Shown here: in pieces, positions 12,801 to 23,980 of the stretch
Layout of the letters: each line of letters opens with the position of its first letter
Numbering within the stretch: the stretch's first letter is position 1
Notes under the pieces: generated by a model
What the model saw: only the letters and a program-made list of their open reading frames with translations
What the model was told of the DNA's origin: nothing
Database searches by the model: none
Program-made: the position numbers and the translations under genes
DNA from: Antedon mediterranea
Taxonomy: Eukaryota; Animalia; Echinodermata
Assembly: GCF_964355755.1 (NCBI RefSeq)
Contig: NC_092673.1
Span: 29,881,648 to 29,945,647 of the forward strand
DNA: 64,000 nucleotides
Direction of reading: 5' to 3'

Positions 12801-15800
12801 AAAAAAAACTTTATGCGGTAACGGATTTAGGCAGCCTTTAACTTTTTAAAATAAAATCCTAACTTTTTTTATTTTTCTGCAACCCGACAGATTGTTTTAT
12901 CATTTATGAAATATTTAGCCCCCCTAACCTATAATGCTGGATCCCTGTTATGTGACAAAATGTGATGTGCCCATATATGGACAGACATGATACCATATCA
13001 GTATTTGTGCATATCACATTTTGTTTCCACATAAAGTTTGATAGTGTAGACAGAGTGTGGAGTAGAAATGCGAGTTAATCACTAGATAAAGATTGACCCA
13101 CAATTGGATCGGACATTGGAATTTAAAGGCAAGCACGCAAACAAATACAGTAAACACTTAAATAATTAATAAATAAGGTATTACATGAAAATTACATTTT
13201 ACTCAGTACCTTTGATTTTCCCAGTTCTTTGCCATTCTCATCATAAACTTCAATACCATTGATCAATTCCTTTTGCCTCATCATCGGTATATTTACACAG
13301 TTTGCTGCAGCTACAGCAGCAAATGGAACATAACGGCCAACAATAGGGGGCGCTTTCTACAAACAACAATTGTTAAAAATCATTCTTTCTTATCATTAGT
13401 GGATATCAGTTTGTGAACGGCATACTGTACACAAACAATTAAAAAGTGCTTAATATATATATAATATGTATATAGTAATGTAGAATATAATTATAATATA
13501 ATAAGATTAATATTTATATTATTTACTGTAAGTTTTACTGAATTCCAACCTTAGTAAATGAATTAAGTGTTAAAGCAGTAATTAAAGCACTAGTGGTTGC
13601 TGTTACATAGGCCAGACCAATCTCTCTGAAAAACAAATATTATATGGATTAAAAAAATAGCAAAGTTATTAAACACTAAACTGCCAATAAAAAGGGGAAA
13701 AGCCTAATTCAAATTACTGTATAATCAAATTACAAGGCTGGACTGTCATACAAAAAGAATGTATTTAAATCTTATAGATATATAGAATATACAATTTAAT
13801 AAAATCTCCATCCAAACAAATATATTTTGTATGCGAATGTTCTTTTTCGTGAAGGCCGTTGTCTTGAGAAAGTGCGTTGAAAACGCGTCTTTCATTTTTT
13901 CTTCACATTAAAAGAACATTTGCATTCAAAGTATAGAATATACTATTTTGTAAATAAATAAATATAAATAAAATATAATAGCAATTCTCACTTATTTGTT
14001 GTTTCTGAATCAGCATTTCTATTAGTATAATTGACTAGTGCATTAAAAGACTGGTTTATCCACTGCCAAAACACAACCTGAGGCATGGTTCTGAAAGGCA
14101 AGAAAATAAAATGTATTAATAGAAAGCGTTTGATTTGCAATGGCAGAGGATGAACCTAGGTCAGGTCAGGTCAATCGAAGTGTCATTGTTCGTTGTCGAA
14201 CCTAGAAACCATCAAACCTGTGTATTATTGGGCTTTTTTTATTTATTTTATTCAATTTTTAGGCACAAAAATTCATACAAGACAGCGGTGCAGAACCCTG
14301 AGGATTGCCATGAGTGCAAAGCACTATCGAGATGGCTCTCTATATACTGCACTTGAACATATAGAAGTAAACAATAAAAATACAAAGATATAAAAATTTT
14401 AAAATTGCAAATGTACATTGTGTTCCCAAGTTGCCATGCAGCCAATATGGTGATAACCAGGAGGGCACAATGGGTTTAGTGATTACATATATACTATACT
14501 TACATGTACAGTATGTTTTACCATTGTTTGCCTAAAACCACATTTTGTTTTAGCCATATTTTAAATGTAATGTTAAATTTGTTATTTTTAGATTTGTATA
14601 TATTTTAGATTTTAATGAACTTTTAAATGGAATTTATATTTTTTTATACTTTTTATATTATAATGTAATGTAAAGACTAAACAATGAATCGATTCGGGAC
14701 GATTCGGCCCTGAGACGATTCGGCCCGGGACGAAACATCTCACTTTAGACCAAATTCATATTCATTTTTGTTGGTATTTATCAAGTTTTTAAAGGTGTTT
14801 TATTGATATTGATAATACATAAAATAAATTACTAAAAAAACTTAATTTTATATTCAATTTATTACTTCGAAAACTTTGGTTTTTTTTTGTGCATTCGACA
14901 AGCGGCCAACAGAGGGCGTAACTTGTTTACATCGTTCGTGTGACTAAAAAATTTTCCTTTTCGACAATGTTTTCAATTTGTTTGCTTTATTGCATCTTTA
15001 TCCCTAGTAGTACTACCCCATAGTCTCTCTGAAAATAAAGTTTGGGGAAAAAAGCTTATTTTATGCTTATAAAATGCATATCAAAACTTTAAGTGTGCCG
15101 AATCATTTCAGGGCTGAATTGTCCCAGGCTGAATAGTGCAGGCCAAATCGTCCCAGGGCCGAATAGTCCTGGGCCGAATCGTCTCAGGGCTAAATAGTCC
15201 CGGGCCAAATTGTCTCAGGGCCTGTAAACAACAACGGTAAATATATTTATTATCATCCTCAACTTACTTGTAAAACTGTAGCATTGCACCTGTAATTAGC
15301 ATACCACCTGGTACCTGGAAAGACATTCGACCAATCACATTTTGTTTTTCACCACTATTAGGATGGAAGGCAGACATGTACAGTTTCTGGGCGTACCATA
15401 GCTGTTCTTCTCTAGTACCAGGGGGTTCAAGACCAAGTCTGTCAAATATTAAAAACAATTCAATTTATTCATCCCATAAGCCCATGCTTGAGCATAATCC
15501 CACCCATATTTTAGGCTAAATTGTGACACAAGACAAAAAAATTTCACAATCCCTGATTTTCATAAAATTTGTGTACCCATAGCAAATGGGCGCCGGCAAA
15601 TGGCAATACCCGGTATTGTTTATTATTTCATTATCATATCAATTGAAATTCAAACCATCAAATTGGTTTTATTACTTGTCATGGCATATTTGATTTGATT
15701 GGTTCAAAACATGAATAAAATGACATGCAAATATGGAACAATTAAAAACAAAACTAATTGAAACAGGATAACAAAAGAAAGTTAAAAATATAAAACTTAT

Positions 15801-16034
15801 TTCCATTTGAGACCCTTTTCCAAATAAATTCTTTATATACATCACATAAGACTGTAAAGCATACTTGTATTGTTCTATTAATTGTTTAGCAGCATCCAGT
15901 TCATTTTCTGAACACAAGGCATTCCTGGGATCTGTAATATTAAAGAAGTGTTTGAGGCGTCCAGCAAACTTGGATTGGTCCCATCGTGGTTTATCAAGGT
16001 TCAGCCGAGTGGGTAACTCAATTTGTTTCTCCAT
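9877..16034 (-). CDS. SFXN2: Sideroflexin-2 (mitochondrial inner-membrane carrier)
   Basis: Exons 15865-16034, 15268-15438, 13992-14090, 13550-13625, 13210-13356, 12580-12646, 11877-11976, 10263-10310, 9877-9976. Motifs [55 protein letters not shown] and terminal YFNKGL-stop. The NRNA and GRMSFQ forms match the SFXN2 subfamily as recalled. Probable non-coding exon 1 has its donor at 19160, with acceptor at 16050-16051. Confidence 0.93.
10091..10241. mobile_element. Harbinger-like MITE, representative full-length copy
   Basis: TAA|AGCTCT.TTTACAC ... GTGTAGACAGAGCT|TAA. Other copies or fragments near 5146, 12405, 12949, 25436, 26328, 27203, 27762, 32704, 39385, 41775, 49539 and 57032. Confidence 0.82.
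10830..11355. repeat. Diverged 200-300 bp tandem duplication
   Basis: CAATGAACTTCTAATGAT recurs near 10833, 11037 and 11339 with shared downstream blocks. Confidence 0.7.
12405..12571. mobile_element. Harbinger-like MITE copy abutting an SFXN2 donor
   Basis: Same TIR and internal sequence as 10091-10241. Confidence 0.78.
14686..15224. mobile_element. Foldback/MULE-like MITE with about 17-bp subterminal tandem repeats
   Basis: GACGATTCGGCCC repeats on the left and inverse GGGCCGAATCGTC repeats on the right; flanks TAAACAAT and TAAACAAC (7/8 match). Confidence 0.65.
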
Positions 16035-16589
16035 GATGAGTCTTTTTAACTGAAAAATAAAACGTTAATGCAAGGTTATTTATATCAAATATAATTTTTT
16101 TGCTGTAATTTTTAATTTTGCAAGAAAATCCTTGCAGTTGCGCAATTTCAAATTGCGCATAACACAGATACAGTAGACTGTAATTTTTAAAAATTGAATT
16201 GGCCGGGCCTAGTAGATAGTAGCCTAGTAGTAGTAGTTACTAGCTAGTTAGTAGTGCCTAGTACTTCTTAATGTAGTAGAGGCTCTCTGTCTAATATGCA
16301 CGAGTGGGAAATCCCATTACTGTAGTGTAGTGGTGGGGCTCCTCTCTGCTGCCGTCTGGGTTTGGCTAGCTGGTTGACACTGGCCCCTCACTGGCTGGGC
16401 CTAGCCAAACATAAATAACGCAAAAATAAGAAGAAAGGAATCGAGGATCAATTGTTAACTTAGGACATACTTTACCTTGGATCAGGTGCCTTTTTCGGCC
16501 ACCTCGACTTATCTGGACTATACCATTATTATGATAGGGGTGTGGTGTATTATGTTTTATGTAGAGAAGGGTGTCTATATTAATGGGAA

Positions 16590-17330
16590 GACAATACAAT
16601 TGTTCTGTTATGTAACCTACAGTACAAACTACAAGGAACAATACAGAACATCAAAAACTAGCATGTTAAAAAGGCATGTTATTATTAGGTAGGCCTACTG
16701 TGTTAGGGAATGCCAAGATTTTGTTACAATATTACTATATTAACTAAATATATTTTATATAAAACAAATTGTATAGACAAATTTAATGAAGAACCATCTA
16801 CTAACTGGATAAAGCCATTTAGGAAAAATAAAAAACAAGTTGATCATAACGAGTGGTTTTCAAAGGCCCAAAGCAAAACAAAATTCCATGCAAAACAACG
16901 TTAACGGAATATACTATGTATAAAGGAACCAAACCTTGAACAATATTTGTTAGATAAAACTAATTTTAAGAGTATCAATTTAAAATTTAAAGCAAGATCA
17001 AACTCTCTAGATCTTGAGGGTCGTAGAAAATCCTGGTCAAATCATAACACAGGATTATGTAAGATGTGTACAGTACAAACGAAAAAGAAACAGTAAACCA
17101 TTTTTTATTTAAATGTCCTTCATTAAACTCTGTTAGACAATAATTAAGTATGTATCGGGATAATTTTAATCAGTGGACCTCAGTTAAAACACCACTTTAT
17201 GCTAGACAATTTATTCACTGAAAATGAAACATTAGGAAAAATCTTTGATTTTTATTGTAAAACATATTTAATGAAAGCATGGGTTACTAGATCTACAATT
17301 TTATCAACATTACCTCTCTCAACTAATTGA
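16590..17330 (+). mobile_element. Degenerate LINE ORF2 3' fragment
   Basis: Broken frames containing a CKMC...ETVNHFLFKCP zinc-knuckle-like C-terminal motif typical of non-LTR ORF2. Confidence 0.5.
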
Positions 17331-18189
17331 TTAATATAGTAAACAAGCTACAGACATCTCTATGAGGATGTATCTGTAAGTTTTATTTATTTCTTAGGCC
17401 TATCCTGTATTTTTGTTGTTCTGTTTTTATTTTTGTAGTTATATATATTGTACAATATACGTATTATGTATTTTCATACAGATCTAATTAATTAGTTTAC
17501 ATTTTGTTTTGATGTTATGTATTAGTATTTAGAACTTTGTGGCTTATGTTATTTGTAATTTTGTCTGTAAATTGGATGCACCATTAACTGATAAATGTGT
17601 GACGCCGATATAAAGATTAAGATTTTTTTTTCTCTATTTTGCTATGGATATTATATTATGTCACCATGATATTCCGAAATAAAAAGATAAATGAAATGAA
17701 TGAATGAAAAGGTGATTCCTATGAATAAATAAATAAATAAAAACTATATAAGTAGGTATACTTACTTATTATATATAAAAACTAAACTAAACACTACAGT
17801 ATAATCAAAATTAAAGCATATTAAATACTAGGCCTCTGTTATTCCTATCTGGATTTAAACACTTTAAATTTTAGTACAATCGGATTCGAAATTAGAAAAT
17901 CTTAAATACTACAATACAATCGGAATTAAAACATCCTAAATACTACATTACAATCGGTTAAATTACCTAAACTCTATAATGTTGTGAAATATGTAAAAGA
18001 ATGTTGGCAAATGCATTCTAATCGGCCCAATCCTATCGGTAGATAAATCATATTTTTTATTTTCTTGAACTAAACATAAATAAAACGAAAGAAATAAGGA
18101 TTGATTTTCGAAAACATAATTGGTCTGACAGTATACATTAATTAAAGTAAAGGAAGTAGAGATTGTTAACAATTATTGATAAGTATCTG

Positions 18190-18580
18190 GCAGTAGTGTT
18201 TGACTAAAGCTAAATGGGTGGACATGTTGATCGTAGTTAAGAAGTTAAATACAAGGCTGTACTGCTTGAGCTAGGAAACTCGGTTCTTTGGGGTAAAGCA
18301 GGATATTTGTACTATAGAATGTTTATGTTTTACTAATCAGTGATGTTCTATTTGGGCATATTGTATATTGGGCTAGGAATATCAGTAAGGGAATGTAAGG
18401 GGGATAAAGACCGAATTGAGAAGGTGCTGGGTAGAGCGTGGAAAGTAATTGGTTTGTCTAGTATGCAAATGCTTGACTCCTTCTACAGCGAACAGCTTGC
18501 CGATGTATTCCATGCTATATTGGAAGACACCAATCATCCTCATGGCGACATTATCAGCTCCGTTTTACATTCGCTATTAT
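18190..18580 (+). mobile_element. Degenerate L2/Rex-type LINE 3' fragment
   Basis: KLNTRLYCL..RKL..FGV..DI and IEKVLGRAWKVIG...ILEDTNHP resemble the post-RT region of L2/Rex-Babar LINEs; frameshifted. Confidence 0.5.
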
Positions 18581-19160
18581 AACGTTTTGATGCAAACGTT
18601 GTTCAATTAAAACATGTATTTCTACACAGAAACGTTTAAAAACGTGTTTAAAACATTTTAGAAAGACCAAACCTAAAAACATGCAATGTCAAACGCTGTG
18701 TTTTCTGGGAACAAAATGGTACAGATTCATTGACAAAATTATAATGTTTATTTGTTTTACTTATTACCTAATAATCAGTATGTGATAAATGTACTACTGT
18801 CATCTTTATTAAATGTACTACTGTGTTATCGTTAGGTAAATTATATTTTTTATTTGTAACTGGAATAAAAACTTTCTTTATATACTTTCTGTATCTATAA
18901 ATCTGTAAAAATTATATAGAAATAAAGAGCCATAATATACTGCATTAACTTGAAAACTGACATTAATTCTACAGCATGCAGGGCGTAGTTGTTTTCCCTT
19001 TGTTGCTGAAACAACAAGAAAAACAAAAGAACAAAAGGAGCAGTATTTTAACACATTAACACACTCAATTAATAAATGGGACACCCCTATTTTCCCATCT
19101 TTTTATAATGGTATAGTCCATACAAGTCGAGGTGGCCGAAAACGGCACCTGATCCTTTAC

Positions 19161-19378
19161 CTTTTATACAGCTTCGATTTCTGCTCTTTTTCTGGTAGGT
19201 CTGCTGTTGATGTTGGTTGCAACGTCACTTGTTTTTTAAAAGGATGAGGAATCATTGGAGCATGAAGACCATGCTGTCGTAAATTTCAACTTTCACCCGA
19301 AACGGAAATTACGTCATGCATAGTTACATTTGGAGACGCTGACGCCGATATTGAATATTTTTACAAATCATCATTGAA
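19161..19378. promoter_or_regulatory. Bidirectional promoter SFXN2 (-) / ARL3-A (+)
   Basis: About 220 bp between the inferred SFXN2 exon-1 donor and the ARL3 ATG. CpG-containing, with ETS-like CGGAA and CRE-like TTACGTCA near 19303-19316. Confidence 0.6.
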
Positions 19379-22159
19379 ATGGTAAGAAAATGTAATTAAA
19401 CATTAAATGGGTTTTAATTGCTTAAATCAAATTATAAATCAGCTATAGTAATCATTAACATGTGTACTTTATTTTTCTCTTATTCCTACGTATTGTTTTT
19501 TATACCTTTTCTTTAAAAATTGTGTGCAAATTTAGGCCTATCATCTCTCTGCCGGTTTATATTACCATCCTGCTTGGACTGCTGGGTGTATGTGTGGTGT
19601 GTGGTACAGTTTGAGAGTATGTATTTTGTTGACCAAAGGTCTGGACCAATTTTCTGCAAACTATGGCCCGCGAGACAAAAGTTTTAACGTTGTATTGTAA
19701 TTTGTAGCACATTTTTAATTGTAAAGCAATTTGCAGCTTTCTTACATTACTACAAACATAACATAGGCCTAGGCCTAATAGTGTTGAGATGATGAAAACG
19801 AAATTGTGGTCAGTTAGAGTAATTATGTGCTCTGCGGATGTTGGCAAAAATGTTAGTAAAATGAACCAAACCACAGTATTATGCATTGATAATGTTTCGG
19901 AACTATGTGTGCTACCGGTATATGTATGAGATTTTTATTATTATAGCCTAGGCCTATAGGCCAATTAAAATGTTCTCATCCCACCATCCATGCCCGTACA
20001 TCCCTTGTTTTATGAAAATTCACAATTTCTAGTGCCAGTGGGTTGTTTCATTCATAAACTTTTTTTAAATTCTTAATTTTGTTGATTTAAATCTTCTTAG
20101 AATTTTCAATTTCTGACCATATTTAATGAATGTTACCTTTCTACAGGGTTTATTAGGTTTATTAAGAAAGCTGAAGTCTGAGCCTGATAAAGAGCTGAAA
20201 GTGTTGCTACTTGGCTTGGATAATGCTGGCAAGACAACGATATTAAAAGCACTTGCTGGGGAAGATTACACCAAGATAACCCCAACTCAAGGATTCAATG
20301 TTAAAAGTGTATCCACATCTAAGTGGAAATTAAATGTCTGGGATATTGGAGGTAAACTATCACGCTAAGAAGTACTTCAATCATAAAAACACAAAGTAAT
20401 ATAGTGAAAAAACACACTTTCCATCAACTATTAAGTAGTAGGTAGAGCATTCAATGTCACATTACCAGAACACACAAATTACTTGTCAAAGCTACACACT
20501 ATTCATTTACGTGATGATAGGTAAAGTTGTAATTATAAATGCGGTTTAAAATATTTGTGGTTCTTTTCTGTTTTTTTAGGACAACGGAATATTCGGCCAT
20601 ACTGGAAAAATTATTTTGAAAGTATAAATGTACTTATTTATGTAGTAGACAGTACAGATAGAGCAAGGATGGAGGAGGCTGGCTTAGTAAGTAAATCAAT
20701 TATTATTTTGCTTCATAATATTAAAAAACAACAAATTATTACGTATTAGCAAAGCATGAACCAAATTTGAAATAACAACACACACAACTAAAGAAAAGTA
20801 AATTATTGACAATGTAACACTACTGTGTCAGGTAATGTAACATTACTGTGTCTGGTAATGTAACATTACTGTGTTAGGTAATGTAACACTACTGTGTCAG
20901 GTAATGTAACATTACTGTGTCAATGTAACACTACTGTGTCAGGTAATGTAACATTACTGTGTCGGGTAATGTAACATTACTGTGTTAGGTAATGTAACAT
21001 TACTGTGTTAGGTAATGTAACATTACTGTGTCAGGTAATGTAACATTACTGTGTCTGGTAATGTAACATTACTGTGTTAGGTAATGTAACACTACTGTGT
21101 CAGGTAATGTAACATTACTGTGTCAGGTAATGTAACATTACTGTGTCAATGTAACACTACTGTGTCAGGTAATGTAACATTACTGTGTTAGGTAATGTAA
21201 CATTACTGTGTTAGGTAATGTAACATTACTGTGTCAGGTAATGTAACATTACTGTGTTGGGTAATGTAACATTACTGTGTCGGGTAATGTAACATTACTG
21301 TGTCAGGTAATGTAACATTACTGTGTCAGGTTATGTAACATCGTGTAACATTACTGTGTCAGGTAACATCGTGTAACATTACTATTACTGTAACATGTTA
21401 AACTACCACATGTTTCTTTTCTACTTCATACACTTTTTCAAGAACATTTATGCTTCATAAAATTGGAAAACAACAAATTATTATGACAGGACATACAAAG
21501 CATGAAAAGTTTCTTTTCTATCCAGCACTTTTTTAAGAACATTTATTTTAATTTGAACAGGCGTTAAATGAACTTATAGAAGAAGAAGAAAAACTGGCAG
21601 GTGTTCCAGTTCTTGTGTTTGCAAATAAACAAGATTTGGCATTGGCCAAGACTGCAGCTGAGGTTTCCAGTGATCTTTTACTTAGTAATATTAGAGATCG
21701 TAAATGGCAGATTCAACCTTGCTCTGCTCATACTCAAGAAGGACTAGATGTGAGTACTTTTTTCAACGCATTAACTTCAATTTATTGCCACCGTATATCC
21801 TCTGGTAAAATCCCACCCTCCTATCGAAGTGCATAAAATTGGGCGGTTGGCGGGTGGGACTATACCTAATAATACCTAAACCCTGGTTCAGGAAAAAAAA
21901 TGATTGGTAAGCATTTCTTGTAAAAACTCATCTACATCCAGACCAAAATTACAAATTTATTGATATTTGTCTATTAACAATTTGCAGTCTTTAGTTTGTT
22001 ACTTCAATTGTAATTTTTAATTAACATAGTTATAATATTGTACATTCTTCATTTTAATACAGTACTTTAATATCTGTATAGCAATTTTGATTATTAATTT
22101 CCTCCTTGTTGCAGCTTGGAATGACTTGGGCAGTTAAGACATCATGCAGAAAGAAGTAG
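19379..22159 (+). CDS. ARL3: ADP-ribosylation factor-like GTPase 3, copy A
   Basis: ATG-only coding exon 19379-19381, then 20147-20351, 20580-20686, 21561-21749, 22115-22159. [12 protein letters not shown]-terminus, [10 protein letters not shown]-loop, [21 protein letters not shown]. Confidence 0.93.
20812..21390. repeat. 21-bp minisatellite in ARL3-A intron 3
   Basis: Unit AATGTAACATTACTGTGTCAGGT-like (about 21-23 bp), tandem. Confidence 0.93.
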
Positions 22160-23980
22160 AGATACCAATGTACAGGTATATTTGAATCAACATTCCAACA
22201 AACTAGTAATGTCGCCCTCTATAACTGAGGATCATGTGTAGAGAGTATTATAGCCTAACTGTACCCTACTCATTGTTAATGCATAATCTTTAGCATTTTA
22301 TTAATGCTGATACATATTTTATGTAAACAGAGGCTTCTCTTGTCAATAGAAAATGTCAGTATTAATGTAACGTAGTACAGTATAATATTATTACATTGTA
22401 GTATTGCTTCCTAAATTTGAGAATATTGTGTAACCAGGGAGGTATAAAATACCTCCCTTATGTAACTAACAGTTTTATATTTATAAGCTCATGCACTTTT
22501 ATAAATTGGTTTCTAAATTGCACAAGTCAAGAATACATGGAGGTATGGTGGTCATTATATTAGCACAATCAACAGTTATATTTAAGCTGTGGAAGAGTTT
22601 AAAGATACGCTATGAACCTTGATATTGATATAACTTTTATATAATAACTTATTTATTCTATATGATCTGCTTGTTATTTAAGTACAGTTGCTACAGTGTT
22701 GTAATATGGTCTTGTGTGTATCGGGATCTTAATGTTTTTATTAAAAACTTTTATCAATAATTACAGGTATGATGATAGAATAACCAATCACAGTGTGATG
22801 GGATTTTAAATTGGTACGCTGTATAATTTGTTTTTTGGTATTTATTTAATAGCAATATATGGAAATAAATAGATGTCTGTAAAGGTTTAACTAGATATAT
22901 TTTTTATTATCTATAAAAAATACTTTATTTTAAGATTAGCAAATTGTATTTAGACAATGTATTTTACTGTATTATTGTGTCTTCAAAGAATTTCATTTAG
23001 CTTCTAAGTTTTATGAATGATAACATTTCTTTTTGAAAGAGCTATAGTCAAACAAACTCAAAACGTTATCAACTGCTTGGTGACAACCATTCTGGTTGTC
23101 ATGATTTCATCTGTTGTTTATGATGACATCATCACATCTCAACCATAAGACGTTAACCATAATTCGTTTTACTTTGTATATTTAGTACTGTGGATAAGTA
23201 GTCAACTAGGTTGCTCTAATAAAACACAGTTGTTTCATTCATAGTTCATAATGTTGTTTTTTCTTTTACTACTGTATGACATAAGTTTTCACAATTTTAT
23301 AATAACAACATTATAACAAATAAACTTTTGCAGTCTTACACAATAAATGAACCTGTATAGCAAATTACTGAAAAAATGACAATGCTGTGGGTATCAGTAG
23401 CTGGATATATATATATATATATATATATATCTTTTATTAAATGTAGTAGACATTCTTTCCTAAATAGAAGGCAGCATATTTTAAATCATATTGCAAAATG
23501 TTGTAAAAAGAATGGGTTATGGGCCTAGAGTAGTATAATGTATTGTGTTTTGGGTACATTAAATAGTATGCTGACAACGGTGTTTTTTTTGTGTTTATTT
23601 TGAAATTAAATAGTTGCAAGTATAATTTACAAAGCAGGATATTCTAACCAAAGGGGCAAGACATTGATGTGCAATGGTAGTATTTTTGTACAACATGCTT
23701 TAATTTATATTACGTTATTCTACTGGTTACGTCATCTGCATGCATAATCCATGACGTCAATTTGAGAAGGGACGGCCCTGACAACATGCAAAAACTACAA
23801 AAACATGTCCTCTATGGATCTTCGTAATTTGTCATGCTTCAATGAATCTTGACAATCGATCGGCGGCGCGACGTAAATAAGTAGCAGAGTGATCCCTCTC
23901 AGAGATAACGGTTTACAATCCGTAGCGTAGGCCTACAATCTAAGTTGAATTTACACCATAAAGACACAGTTACATTAAAG

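Larger units (their letters stand above)
16479..19155. mobile_element. Non-autonomous DNA transposon (about 50-bp TIRs, GG..CC ends, 8-bp TSD) carrying LINE relics
   Basis: GGATCAGGTGCCTTTTTCGGCCACCTCGACTT... at 16479 is the near-perfect reverse complement of ...AAGTCGAGGTGGCCGAAAACGGCACCTGATCC ending at 19155. TTTACCTT lies on both sides (16471-16478 and 19156-19163). Confidence 0.88.

Noticed and set aside
13830-13930. Palindrome containing CTTGAGAAAG as another hammerhead
   Set aside because: No stem II closed by GAAA in the right register; treated as a small decayed inverted repeat.
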